Assembly: GCA_913031595.1 (NCBI GenBank)
Contig: CAJWCP010000003.1
Span: 1-63,038 of the forward strand
Direction of reading: 5' to 3'
Source of the DNA: an uncultured Flavobacteriales bacterium
GTDB taxonomy: Bacteria > Bacteroidota > Bacteroidia > Flavobacteriales > BACL11
DNA: 63,038 bases
This document shows positions 1 through 9,909 of this stretch, one piece after another. A model generated the notes under the pieces. That model was not told the origin of the DNA, ran no database searches, and saw only the letters and a program-made list of their open reading frames with translations. Position 1 is the stretch's first letter. Every line of letters begins with the position of its first letter. The position numbers and the translations under genes are program-made.

Positions 1-645
1 TGATTTAAATAATATTTCTCCTCCATAATCTAGAATAGTTTCTCGAATAGCTTGTATTATTTTAGGTAATTTATCTGTTCCAATATGAGGATGTGCATCT
101 ATTTTAATATTTTTAGTTGCACCATGTTGGATCAGAATATCTAATATTTTATTTACATCTCCTCTTTTTTTACTTCTTGTGTATAGTTTTCCATCTGAAA
201 AGGTTCCTGCTCCCCCTTCTCCAAAACAGTAATTAGAGTCTTGGTTTACAATATGTTCTTTTGTAAGTTTCGCTAAGTCTCTTCTTCTGTTTCTTACTTT
301 TTTTCCTCTTTCTATTATGATAGGTTTTTTACCTTTTTCAATTAATTTAAGGGCCGCAAAAAGGCCAGCAGGCCCTGCGCCAATAATGATTATTTCTTCT
401 TTATTAGTTACGTTTTTATAGTAGTTTTTTGTTTCTTCTTTGTGGTGAAAAATCTGATTTATATAAATGGTTATTTTTAAGTTGATTTTTACTGTTTTTT
501 GTCTAGCATCAATTGATCTTTTTATTATTTCTATATATTTTATGTCTTTTTCTTTTATGTTGTATTTTTTAGAAAGAGTTTTTCTTAATAGGGATTGATT
601 TGCTGCAATTTCAGGAATAACTTGTATTTCTACATCTTTTATCAT
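1..645 (-). CDS. NAD(P)/FAD-dependent oxidoreductase (uncharacterised FAD-dependent dehydrogenase family), 3' end outside window
   Basis: Not in ORF track; manual translation from ATG at 645: MIKDVEIQ...RSIDAR...IIIGAGPAGLFAA (FAD-binding GxGxxG)...FGEGGAGTFSDGKLYTR...AHPHIGTD; open to window edge. Confidence 0.88.
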   Translation of the reverse strand, partial: MIKDVEIQVIPEIAANQSLLRKTLSKKYNIKEKDIKYIEIIKRSIDARQKTVKINLKITIYINQIFHHKEETKNYYKNVTNKEEIIIIGAGPAGLFAALKLIEKGKKPIIIERGKKVRNRRRDLAKLTKEHIVNQDSNYCFGEGGAGTFSDGKLYTRSKKRGDVNKILDILIQHGATKNIKIDAHPHIGTDKLPKIIQAIRETILDYGGEILFKS

Positions 646-649
646 ACTT

Positions 650-700
650 CAAAAATACATATTGATAATAAAGAAGGCTATTTTAAGTTAATTATATTTG
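650..700. promoter_or_regulatory. Back-to-back Bacteroidota sigma-A -7 promoter boxes
   Basis: TATTTTTG on - strand (650-657) and TATATTTG on + strand (693-700), matching TAnnTTTG; each ends 4 nt before a divergent ATG. Confidence 0.7.
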
Positions 701-704
701 TAAT

Positions 705-1283
705 ATGCTTAATAAAGGGGTTTTTATAATTTATTTTCTAATCTTTTCATCTTTTTATTCTTTTTCTCAAGATAAAGGTCTGAATCTTAATATGGATAGT
801 GATACTTTTTTCGTAGGAAAGGTTCCAGAGGTTAAGGTTTTTGCTTTTAAAAATAAAGTAGAGAGAAGACAGTATCTTATCTTAAAAAGAAGAGTTTTTA
901 AAGTTTATCCTTATGCGTTATTAGCAAAAGATAAGTTATTAGCTATTGAATCTGCTCTTGATACTATTCCTAAAAAAAGAAAGAAGAAAAAATATGTTAA
1001 GTACATGACAAAATGGGTGAAAGAGAGTTATAGTGATAAGCTGAAGAAATTAACAAAAAGTGAAGGGCGTATTCTTGTAAAGCTTATTTACAGGGAAACA
1101 AATTTAACCTCTTATCAGATAGTAAGGTCATATCGGGGTAGATTTAATGCTTTTTTCTGGCAGTCAATGGCAAAGATTTGGGATAATAACCTTAAAACAA
1201 AGTATGATCCAATTAATGTTCGAGAAGATGAATTAATAGAGCATATTCTTTTAAAAGCAAAATCTGAAGGAAGGTTTAGGTGA
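705..1283 (+). CDS. DUF4294-family protein
   Basis: Signal-like N-terminus; KVYPYA, LKKLTKSEGRILVKLIYRET, FFWQ..A, YDP...ED.LIE motifs typical of this Bacteroidota family. Confidence 0.75.
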   Translation: MLNKGVFIIYFLIFSSFYSFSQDKGLNLNMDSDTFFVGKVPEVKVFAFKNKVERRQYLILKRRVFKVYPYALLAKDKLLAIESALDTIPKKRKKKKYVKYMTKWVKESYSDKLKKLTKSEGRILVKLIYRETNLTSYQIVRSYRGRFNAFFWQSMAKIWDNNLKTKYDPINVREDELIEHILLKAKSEGRFR

Positions 1284-1284
1284 G

Positions 1285-2178
1285 TTAGTTTAAGAATTGT
1301 TTAGCTACTTTTTTATTCCTTGGACCTTCCGAGTAATCGTAAAATCCTTCACCTGACTTGATTCCTAGTTTTCCATTTTTCACCATATCTATTAATAATG
1401 GGCATGGAGTGTATTTTTTACCTCCAAAACCTTCATGCATTACTTCTAGAATAGATAAACATACATCCAGTCCTATAAAATCAGCTAAATGTAAAGGTCC
1501 CATAGGATGAGACATTCCTAAAATCATGACTGTGTCTATTCCTTCAACTGAAGAAATGTTTTCATGTAAGGTGTATATAGCTTCATTTATCATTGGCATG
1601 AGTATTCTATTTGCTACAAATCCTGGAGCATCATTTACCTCTACTGGGATTTTATTTAATGTTTTGCTCATTTCCATAATATTAGAAGTTACTTCATCAG
1701 AGGTTAATTTCCCTCTTATAACTTCTACTAATTTCATGATAGGTACAGGGTTCATAAAATGCATTCCTATTACTTGGTTCTCCCTGTTGGTTGCTGAAGC
1801 AATTTCAGTGATTGAAATAGATGATGTGTTTGAAGCTAGTATAGTATGTTTTTGACATGTTTTATCTAGTTCGGAAAATATTTTGAGTTTTAGTTCTTTG
1901 TTTTCAGTTGCTGCTTCAACCACAAGGTCTGCTTCTTTTACACCATCATTTAAATCAGTGTATGTAGTGATGTTTGAAAGTGTATTTTGTTTTTCTTCTT
2001 CTGTAATCTTCTCTTTTGCTAGCATTCTATCTAGATTCTTCTCAATATTTTTTAGAGCCTTATCTAGACTTTCGCTAGATATGTCTACTAGATTTACATT
2101 AAAATTATTTTGTGCAAATGTGTGAGCAATTCCATTTCCCATAGTTCCTGCTCCAATTACTGTTATGTTCTTTATCAT
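1285..2178 (-). CDS. hbd: 3-hydroxybutyryl-CoA dehydrogenase
   Basis: VIGAGTMGNGIA Rossmann motif, ASNTSSISI, GMHFMNPVP, PGFVANRIL, PMGPL.LAD.IGLD. Confidence 0.93.
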   Translation of the reverse strand: MIKNITVIGAGTMGNGIAHTFAQNNFNVNLVDISSESLDKALKNIEKNLDRMLAKEKITEEEKQNTLSNITTYTDLNDGVKEADLVVEAATENKELKLKIFSELDKTCQKHTILASNTSSISITEIASATNRENQVIGMHFMNPVPIMKLVEVIRGKLTSDEVTSNIMEMSKTLNKIPVEVNDAPGFVANRILMPMINEAIYTLHENISSVEGIDTVMILGMSHPMGPLHLADFIGLDVCLSILEVMHEGFGGKKYTPCPLLIDMVKNGKLGIKSGEGFYDYSEGPRNKKVAKQFLN

Positions 2179-2192
2179 TTTTTTTTATTTGG

Positions 2193-3011
2193 TTAATATA
2201 CAATTTTAAAGTTATCAAGGTAAATCTCATTTTCAGTCTGGTCAAAATCTCTCATCATTTCAACAAATATACTGAATGAAGGAGCGTTTATACTTTCACT
2301 TATTGTACCTGTAAGGTTTATGTAGATTTTATTCCAGTCTTCTTTAGGGTTTATAAAAAGAAGATCTTTTCTTACTACTAAAGGGTAGTTAACATATACT
2401 CCTACTAGAAATGTTGTATTGCATTTGTAGTCTAGTTCTAGGTAAACAGGAGCTCCTGCTTGAGGTAGGTCTTCTATTGCGTCTGTTGAGACTTGAAAAG
2501 TAAAAAATGAGTCTGTGAGAGAAGCGTATAGGTAACTATTTCCGAATTCTGTTATCTTAGTAAAGTCAACTTCACTTTGTAATGTAGTGTCTACCTGGGT
2601 GCTATTATCTTCAAAGTCTTCGTTTAAATAATTAGGGTTTAAATTCTGATATTCTACAGTAGGTGTTACAGTGATTTTTTCATTCTCTATAAAATTGACT
2701 TCTTCTATATAAGATCCGTAGAATGGGTAGGGGATTCTACTGCTAGCTATTCCATTATCTTTAATTCCAGCTCTTACTCTGACTGTTTGTGTTCCAGATT
2801 CTAGTACTGGGAATTTAGCAGGTAATTCATATACCCCTTGTAATTGATCATTTATATATACCCAGGCATCTGATATATTATGAGTTTCATTTTGATTGTT
2901 AAGATTGATCTGTTCAATTTCTAAGTATGCAGGAATCCCTTCTGATTCTTGTTTTTCGCACGCTAAAAGAATTAGAATTAAGAAAAGGTATTTTATGTTT
3001 CTCATCATCAT
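2193..3011 (-). CDS. Hypothetical surface lipoprotein
   Basis: Lipobox LLAC followed by charged EKQESE (Bacteroidota export-signal-like); beta-rich mature region; no catalytic motif recognised. Confidence 0.7.
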   Translation of the reverse strand: MMMRNIKYLFLILILLACEKQESEGIPAYLEIEQINLNNQNETHNISDAWVYINDQLQGVYELPAKFPVLESGTQTVRVRAGIKDNGIASSRIPYPFYGSYIEEVNFIENEKITVTPTVEYQNLNPNYLNEDFEDNSTQVDTTLQSEVDFTKITEFGNSYLYASLTDSFFTFQVSTDAIEDLPQAGAPVYLELDYKCNTTFLVGVYVNYPLVVRKDLLFINPKEDWNKIYINLTGTISESINAPSFSIFVEMMRDFDQTENEIYLDNFKIVY

Positions 3012-3136
3012 TTTGCTATTAACATTTTTTTGTGGAATTATAATTGAGATTAATGATAAATAATTTCATTTATTATGGTTCCTTTGTTTTTAAATGTGTC
3101 ATCAAAAATACAGTTTAAATAAGTATAAAAAAAGGA

Positions 3137-3787
3137 ATGAAAGATACTTTTAGGCATAAAGGTTTGCGTAAGCAGTTAATGGATGAATTATCTGATAAAG
3201 GAATTTCAGATATTAGTGTGTTAAATGCAATGGCTAAAATACCGAGGCATTTATTTATGGATAATGCATTTATTAATTTTGCTTATCAAGATAAGGCATT
3301 TCCAATTGGAGCTGGTCAGACTATCTCTCAGCCTTATACGGTAGCTTTTCAAACACAATTACTATCTGTAAATCCTTATGAGAAGGTTTTAGAAATAGGT
3401 ACTGGATCTGGTTATCAGGCTGCAGTTCTTTTTTTTATGGATGCAGATGTGCATACTATTGAAAGGCAGAAAGAGCTTTTTCAAAAAACAAAGGATTTTC
3501 TACCTAAATTAGGTTGTCATTGTAATTTTATTTTTGGAGATGGTTATAAGGGGTTGTCTAATTTTGCTCCTTTTGATAAGATTATTGTGACTTGTGGTGC
3601 TCCTTTTGTTCCGCAAGAATTGAAAAAACAGTTAAGGGTAGGAGGAAAAATGGTGGTTCCAGTTGGAGATGGTGATGTACAGGTTATGACCCTTGTTGAA
3701 AGGGTCTCAGATGAGAACTATAATATTACAGAGCATGGAGAGTTTCTTTTTGTACCGATGTTGAGTGATCGAGAAAGAGGGGTGTGA
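3137..3787 (+). CDS. pcm: Protein-L-isoaspartate O-methyltransferase
   Basis: QTISQPY, VLEIGTGSGYQAA, GDGYKG, APFDKIIVT, FVPM motifs. Confidence 0.95.
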   Translation: MKDTFRHKGLRKQLMDELSDKGISDISVLNAMAKIPRHLFMDNAFINFAYQDKAFPIGAGQTISQPYTVAFQTQLLSVNPYEKVLEIGTGSGYQAAVLFFMDADVHTIERQKELFQKTKDFLPKLGCHCNFIFGDGYKGLSNFAPFDKIIVTCGAPFVPQELKKQLRVGGKMVVPVGDGDVQVMTLVERVSDENYNITEHGEFLFVPMLSDRERGV

Positions 3788-3996
3788 TTTATTTAATAAG
3801 TTAAAAAAAATACTTTTAAGTAAAATATTATTTTTTATAAAAAATAGGTAAAATAAAAACATAAACAATTGATTTCAATATATTTAAATATAACAATATA
3901 AAGTTTTAGTTATATTTTTTTGTTGTAGGTTTTTTGAATTATATTTTTTTGTATCATTGTTGTGACTAAATTGATTATTAACTAATTAAGAAAAAA

Positions 3997-4458
3997 ATGA
4001 AAAAATTATTTACAATTATAGCGGCACTAATGTTAGCTTTTAACATTTCTGCACAGCAAGTTGAAAAAGGAACTTTACTTCTTGAAGGAACTCTCAGTGG
4101 AACTCCTTGGACAGGTTTAGCTACTAAAAGTGGTGCTTTTGGATTGTATCTTGTAGATGGGTATGCTATGACTATAGGAACAAATATAGGTATAGTTGAA
4201 TCAGAGATATTAGATATTTATCTTGGTAATCGTATTCATTTTACAGAGAGTTCACTTTTAAAGGTGGATCTTATGTATTATGATTTAGGAATCTCAGGTG
4301 TTGATGGAGATTTTGGAGCTTATCTAGGTTATGCTATGAGGTTTTATTATAGAGACTGGATGTCTATACAACCTCAGATGGGTTTTACTTATTCATCTAG
4401 CATGGAAACAGTTATGTTTAATACTGGTGTAGGTTTTAATTTACACTTTGAGAAATAA
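3997..4458 (+). CDS. Small outer-membrane beta-barrel protein
   Basis: Sec signal cleaved before Gln (ISA-QQ), alternating amphipathic strands, C-terminal GVGFNLHF beta-signal. Confidence 0.65.
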   Translation: MKKLFTIIAALMLAFNISAQQVEKGTLLLEGTLSGTPWTGLATKSGAFGLYLVDGYAMTIGTNIGIVESEILDIYLGNRIHFTESSLLKVDLMYYDLGISGVDGDFGAYLGYAMRFYYRDWMSIQPQMGFTYSSSMETVMFNTGVGFNLHFEK

Positions 4459-4479
4459 TAATAAAAAAATTAAAATAAT

Positions 4480-5061
4480 ATGAAAAAACTTCAACTTATA
4501 GTGTGTGTTATGTTAGCCGTGTTCTTTACAGGCTGCATATCAACAAATCAAGGATTTCATTCTAATCCTGTACAAAATAAAGGTATAGTAAAACATCATG
4601 ATATTTATGCAGATATTGAAGTAGATGAGAGTAAGAAGATAAGAGGTAGTAGTAGTTCTACTTATTTTTTAATGTTTAGAATAGAGGGAGATAATGAATA
4701 TGCAGATGGTGTCAATTATGGTACTATGGGTAATATTACAGATGGTGGAAATTTAGCTGCTCAGCTTTTTTCTTGGTTAAATCCTTTTGCAATAATCAAT
4801 AAACTTGTAACAGGAGATGCTATGGGAAAAGTTAGGTCAGCAGCGGCTTATGATGCTATGTCTGGAAGTGGGGCTGATTTTATTGCTCATCCAACTTATT
4901 CATATACTAAGAAGAATTATTTGATTATTCAAAAATTTGATGCTACTGTAGAAGGATATGCTGGTAAATATAAAAACTTTAGACAAGTTGATCCTCTTGA
5001 TAGAAAATTAGAGAATGCGGTTAACAAGAAGATTGTAGATAAACTTCAGATTCAAAAATAA
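4480..5061 (+). CDS. Hypothetical lipoprotein
   Basis: Lipobox FTGC at residue 19; AAAYDAM..SGADFI..P.Y motif of small bacterial lipoproteins; function unknown. Confidence 0.65.
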   Translation: MKKLQLIVCVMLAVFFTGCISTNQGFHSNPVQNKGIVKHHDIYADIEVDESKKIRGSSSSTYFLMFRIEGDNEYADGVNYGTMGNITDGGNLAAQLFSWLNPFAIINKLVTGDAMGKVRSAAAYDAMSGSGADFIAHPTYSYTKKNYLIIQKFDATVEGYAGKYKNFRQVDPLDRKLENAVNKKIVDKLQIQK

Positions 5062-5077
5062 ATAGATTATTTTTTTA

Positions 5078-5107
5078 ATAAAAGGGAGTTATTAACTCCC
5101 TTTTTTT
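5078..5107. terminator. Bidirectional intrinsic terminator
   Basis: AAAAGGGAGTTA-T-TAACTCCCTTTT inverted repeat with T-run on + and A-run upstream, between convergent genes. Confidence 0.85.
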
Positions 5108-6287
5108 ATTTATCAAGAATTTCTTTTATGATTTGACATCCTCTTATAATTTCATTATTAGATATAGTAAGAGGTGGAGAAATACGTATACTTGTTTCTG
5201 TAAATAAGAAATAAAATAAGATTAATCCTTTTTTAAGAGCTTCTTCTACTACTCTTTTTGCTAGTTCTTTCTTTTCTAGTTCAATCGCTAGCATTAAACC
5301 TTTCCCTCTGATTTCTTTAATTTTAACATGTTTTAGTTCTTTTCTAAATAATATTTCTTTTGCATTTATTTCTTGCATTATATTTGAAGATAATAGATAT
5401 TCTAGAGTAGCTAAAGAAGAAGCACAATTAACCGGATGTCCTCCAAAAGTTGTAATATGTCCTAATTGAGGATTATGACTTAATAGATTCATGGATTCAA
5501 GAGAAGAAATAAATGCTCCTATAGGCATTCCTCCACCCATTCCTTTTGCAATACATAAAATATCAGGTATAACATTATAATAGTTTAGAGCAAAGAGGCT
5601 ACCTAACCTTCCAAAACAAGTTTGGATTTCATCAAAGATTAGGAGACATCCTACCTTTTTACATCTTTCTTGTATTTTATTTAAAAAATTATTCTCAGGG
5701 AGAATAAATCCTGTTGCTCCTTGTATAGGTTCCACAATTACAGCTGCTGTATTCTTTGTTATATTATTGAGTGATTTAATATTATTAAATATGATTTGAT
5801 TACAATTAGGTAGTAAAGGTCTATATTTCATTTTCTTTTTTTCATTACCCATTATAGATAATGCTCCTTGTGTTGATCCATGGTATGAGTTTTTACATGA
5901 AATAATTTCAGATCTTCCTGTTTTTCTTTTTGCTAATTTCATAGCACCTTCTATAGCTTCAGTTCCAGAGTTTGTGAAGTAGGTGCAATTTAATTTTAAT
6001 GGCAGGTTCTCTGAAAGAAGTTGTGCAAGTTTATATTGAGGTGATTGTATGAATTCTCCATATACCATTACATGCATATATTTTTCTAATTGATCTTTTA
6101 TCGCACTTATAATAATAGGATTTGAATGCCCTAGTGTACATGCAGATACGCCCGCAACAAAGTCTAAATATTCTTTATCATCTTTATCTATTATATAACT
6201 TCCCTTAGCTGATTTAATTTGTAAACAAGAAGGGAAAGGAAAGGTTTGTGCTTGATGTGTTTTAAAGATTTTTTCTACACTACTCAT
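5106..6287 (-). CDS. Class III PLP aminotransferase (acetylornithine aminotransferase-like)
   Basis: NSGTEAIEGAMKLA, YHGST.G, EPIQG, FDEIQT.FGR.G, AKGMGGG (PLP Lys), TTFGGHP. Confidence 0.9.
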   Translation of the reverse strand: MSSVEKIFKTHQAQTFPFPSCLQIKSAKGSYIIDKDDKEYLDFVAGVSACTLGHSNPIIISAIKDQLEKYMHVMVYGEFIQSPQYKLAQLLSENLPLKLNCTYFTNSGTEAIEGAMKLAKRKTGRSEIISCKNSYHGSTQGALSIMGNEKKKMKYRPLLPNCNQIIFNNIKSLNNITKNTAAVIVEPIQGATGFILPENNFLNKIQERCKKVGCLLIFDEIQTCFGRLGSLFALNYYNVIPDILCIAKGMGGGMPIGAFISSLESMNLLSHNPQLGHITTFGGHPVNCASSLATLEYLLSSNIMQEINAKEILFRKELKHVKIKEIRGKGLMLAIELEKKELAKRVVEEALKKGLILFYFLFTETSIRISPPLTISNNEIIRGCQIIKEILDK

Positions 6288-6314
6288 CTGACAAAAGTAA
6301 TAAGTTAACTTTGA

Positions 6315-7583
6315 TTATTCTAAAACAATCTTTTTTTCTATTGTACCATCTTCGTAAATATATATTTGTATATGATTTGAAGACTGATTATTTTCTTTAC
6401 CAGATAGATCAATAACTTTATATCTTTTTTGATTTGTGATATTAGTGTTAGGATTTAATCCTGTCGTTTGAGCATATGTAATGCCTCTATAGTTTTGCAT
6501 AATATGTTGTTGACTTCCATTTTCATTTTTAAATCTGATCCTTGCTCTTCCTGTATCTGGCCCTAGCATTAAAGGATCAGTAAAAAAATGAAATGAGAAA
6601 TCTAGTGTGTCTCCAGCACCTATTATTGCAGATGTAGTATCCTGGTTAGGAGGTAAACATACACCAATACACATTGAGCTTGTCCATGTATTGGAGGGTA
6701 GATTATTCATTACACGTTCTATCTCTACTTTTACTCCATCATTTGATGTATTAATAATTTCGCCAAATATATCAATGATACCTCCTGGGTTTCCATAGAC
6801 TGGTAGTGTATTGCCTGGTTTGAGGTGAAAGTCAAAACTTCCTGTTAAATTAGTTACAGGATTACATCCTCCAGAATTTATTCCTAATAGACTGTCAATG
6901 TCACACCAAATATTTGTAGGTTGGCCATTAGGGGGGCTTGCATTGTTAAACCAATTATGGTAAGCAAATAATATTCCATCAGTATTGATAAGATAGGCAT
7001 TATTAGGTCCGTTATAATATTGCCACCATTCATTACAAGGGCCATCAATATAAATAGGCACATTGATTGGAACTGGTATATAAGCGCCTACACCTAAACC
7101 ATTAATCATATCTTGTAGAATTGCTTTACGTTCTGAGTATGTATTAGGTTGGTAATATGGAGGGTTTGTAGGACTTATATTTCCACTATATGGCATAGGG
7201 CTTCCAGTTGGATGTGCCTCTACGGTATATACTGCAAAGCATGCTATATCATTACCAAATTGATTTGCTACATTATTTAAATCTGACATATGATCTCTAA
7301 ATATAGGACAAGTATAACTACCTGATACCATTAAAACATTTTTTCCTGTATTAATAACCTCAGATAAGGTAATAGAATCTCCATTAATGTCCCATAATGT
7401 AAAATCTGCCATTGTATCTCCTATATTGACAGGTGTCCAGGGATTTCCTTGAGTCCTAGGAATAATCGTACAAATAGAATCAGATCCTAAAGGTTCACTA
7501 TTTAGGCCAATTGATGATAATAATGATACTTGTCCAAAAAAAATCATAGGTAAGCAAAGTAATATAAGGGTTAGCTTTTTCAT
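6315..7583 (-). CDS. Secreted iodothyronine-deiodinase-like thioredoxin-fold protein with Ig-like domain and short T9SS-like C-terminal signal
   Basis: Sec signal; DFTLWDING, SGSYTCPIF (cf. deiodinase FGSCTUPxF), VYTVEAHP (cf. YIEEAHP); C-terminus IDLSGKE...IYIYEDGTIEKKIVLE. Confidence 0.7.
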   Translation of the reverse strand: MKKLTLILLCLPMIFFGQVSLLSSIGLNSEPLGSDSICTIIPRTQGNPWTPVNIGDTMADFTLWDINGDSITLSEVINTGKNVLMVSGSYTCPIFRDHMSDLNNVANQFGNDIACFAVYTVEAHPTGSPMPYSGNISPTNPPYYQPNTYSERKAILQDMINGLGVGAYIPVPINVPIYIDGPCNEWWQYYNGPNNAYLINTDGILFAYHNWFNNASPPNGQPTNIWCDIDSLLGINSGGCNPVTNLTGSFDFHLKPGNTLPVYGNPGGIIDIFGEIINTSNDGVKVEIERVMNNLPSNTWTSSMCIGVCLPPNQDTTSAIIGAGDTLDFSFHFFTDPLMLGPDTGRARIRFKNENGSQQHIMQNYRGITYAQTTGLNPNTNITNQKRYKVIDLSGKENNQSSNHIQIYIYEDGTIEKKIVLE

Positions 7584-7608
7584 TATTATTTTTATGTGAA
7601 ATTAAGAA

Positions 7609-8544
7609 TTATTTTCTTATTATAACTTTGTTTACTGCTTTTATAATATCAGAAGATGTAAGTCCATATTTTTCCATCAGGCCTCTTGGAGTACCACTTT
7701 CTCCAAAGGTGTCATTAACACCTACCATTTCTAATGGAGTAGGTATATTTCTGCTTAATAGTTGAGCAATACTGTCTCCTAAGCCTCCATTTAACATATG
7801 CTCTTCAGCTGTAACTATACATTTAGTTTTATTAATTGATTTTAGAATAGATTCTTCATCTAGAGGTTTAATTGTATGTATATTAATAATTTCTGCATTT
7901 ATATTATTTTTCGTTAGCTCTTTAGATGCTTCTAAGGCTTCCCAAACTAAATGTCCTGTTGCTACTATAGTAACATCTGTTCCAGTTTTAAGATGAACAG
8001 CTTTTCCAATTTCAAATTTTTGATTTTCAGGCGTAAAGTTTGGCACTTTTGGTCTTCCAAAACGTAGATATACAGGTCCGTTATAGTCAGCAATTGCTAG
8101 AGTTGCTGCTTTAGTTTGGTTATAATCACATGGATTGATAACCACCATATGAGGTAACATTTTCATCATACCAATATCTTCTAACACTTGATGTGTAGCT
8201 CCGTCTTCACCTAGTGTGATTCCAGCATGAGAAGCACATATTTTCACATTTTTTCCTGAGTATGCTACTGATTGACGAATTTGATCATATACTCTGGAAG
8301 TTGAAAAATTTGCAAAAGTTCCTGTAAAAGGTATCTTTCCTCCTATGGTTAATCCTGCAGCAATTCCAATCATATTAGCTTCAGCAATTCCTACTTGAAA
8401 AAAGCGTTCTGGATTTTCTTTTTGAAATTGATCCATTTTAAGTGATCCGGTAAGGTCAGCACATAATGCTACTACATTAGGATTGATCTGGCCTAATCTA
8501 GTTAATCCTGCTCCAAATCCAGAGCGTGTATCTTTTAGTTCCAT
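7609..8544 (-). CDS. tkt: Transketolase, C-terminal (pyrimidine-binding) subunit
   Basis: ADL.GS, GIAEANM, GEDGATHQ, GPVYLR.GR, TIKPLD, EEH...GGLG. Confidence 0.92.
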   Translation of the reverse strand: MELKDTRSGFGAGLTRLGQINPNVVALCADLTGSLKMDQFQKENPERFFQVGIAEANMIGIAAGLTIGGKIPFTGTFANFSTSRVYDQIRQSVAYSGKNVKICASHAGITLGEDGATHQVLEDIGMMKMLPHMVVINPCDYNQTKAATLAIADYNGPVYLRFGRPKVPNFTPENQKFEIGKAVHLKTGTDVTIVATGHLVWEALEASKELTKNNINAEIINIHTIKPLDEESILKSINKTKCIVTAEEHMLNGGLGDSIAQLLSRNIPTPLEMVGVNDTFGESGTPRGLMEKYGLTSSDIIKAVNKVIIRK

Positions 8545-8547
8545 ATA

Positions 8548-9909
8548 TTATAGTTTTATATTTTTTGTTTTTCTTGATTTTACATTAAAATTACGTTCAC
8601 TAGTAAAATTATATTTCTTAGCATATCTATCTCTAAATACTATTTTGTAATTACCTGGTAGAAGATTGAGTTTATGTGTTAATTTATCACCATTAAAAGT
8701 ATATATTTCTTCTAAATAATCCCCATCTCTTAGATATAGTCCTCCATACCCTTTTGAAGGTAACATGATATTGACATTAGATGGTGAAGGAATGATATAT
8801 TTTGTGGTTGAACTTTGCTTTATTTCAACATTATAAAATTTCTTTCTAGGTAGGGTTAGCACTTCTATATCATATTTTCCTGCGATATATTTTTGTACTT
8901 TATTTATTGTCTCAACATGTACTATGTTTTCTGTTCCTGCTTCTTTTATAATATATTTATAATCTTTTTTAGAGTCTATTTCTATTTTCAGCTCACCTTG
9001 TGGTGTTTTTAGTGGTATTATAGTATGTTTTCCTGGTTTAATATTTATATTTTCTAGTGTGGTAGGGGGAATAGTATTAGCTACTAATTTATATGATATT
9101 ATTGGATCAATTATCATGGTATCTGGATGTCCATATTGGTTCATGGTGTGTACGTAATTGTATTCTACCATATTTGTAAATTCATTATAGAAGGTTAGAT
9201 TTATATTTGTTTCATTAGGTTCATTTTTTTCATCTAGGAGATTCACTTGTATGCTGCTATTATGAAGGACATTTGAAATTACAATATTTAATATGTCTGT
9301 AAATTGTTCTTCTTTTTCAGCATTAAGAAATTTTCCAACACAATCTAATGATTCTTTCCATTTTGCATTAGGTCCGACTCCAATTATAAAAGGTTTTAGT
9401 ATAATACCCTTTCTTTGATATAAACGAGAAACTGCACAAGGATCCATATCACATTCTTCTTCTCCATCTGTAATTATGACTACAATATTTCTTGCATTAT
9501 TATCCGGAAAATCTTTTATGCCTTCTTCTAGAGACATTCCAATAGGAGTAGTTCCGCGAGGTTTTATCATATTTAATTTAGCTTTAATTTGTCTTGTAGA
9601 TATTTTGGCTGGTAAGAAGTCAACTTCTAATCTTGAATCATTGCAATCTTGGGGAGGGTATTCTTTTAAGTGGCCATAAATTCTAAGACCAATTTCTAGA
9701 TTCTTAATTTCTTGTATAGAATCTAACATTTTAGTTAACATATCTTTTGAAATATCAAATTTACTTTTAGAGTTCCACTTTACAGACATTGATTTTGAAG
9801 CATCAAATATAAAGAGGATACGATTTTTCACGTCTTCTTGAGCTATAGTATTGATAGTGCTCAATAAAAGACTTAAAGTCACAAGTATTTTTATAAATCT
9901 AATAATCAC
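8548..9909 (-). CDS. Exported VWA-domain protein with C-terminal beta-sandwich repeats
   Basis: Signal peptide (TIA-Q); MIDAS DASKSM, G.TPI, ITDGEEEC..DPC; GTG start overlapping upstream tkt gene. Confidence 0.85.
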   Translation of the reverse strand: MIIRFIKILVTLSLLLSTINTIAQEDVKNRILFIFDASKSMSVKWNSKSKFDISKDMLTKMLDSIQEIKNLEIGLRIYGHLKEYPPQDCNDSRLEVDFLPAKISTRQIKAKLNMIKPRGTTPIGMSLEEGIKDFPDNNARNIVVIITDGEEECDMDPCAVSRLYQRKGIILKPFIIGVGPNAKWKESLDCVGKFLNAEKEEQFTDILNIVISNVLHNSSIQVNLLDEKNEPNETNINLTFYNEFTNMVEYNYVHTMNQYGHPDTMIIDPIISYKLVANTIPPTTLENINIKPGKHTIIPLKTPQGELKIEIDSKKDYKYIIKEAGTENIVHVETINKVQKYIAGKYDIEVLTLPRKKFYNVEIKQSSTTKYIIPSPSNVNIMLPSKGYGGLYLRDGDYLEEIYTFNGDKLTHKLNLLPGNYKIVFRDRYAKKYNFTSERNFNVKSRKTKNIKL

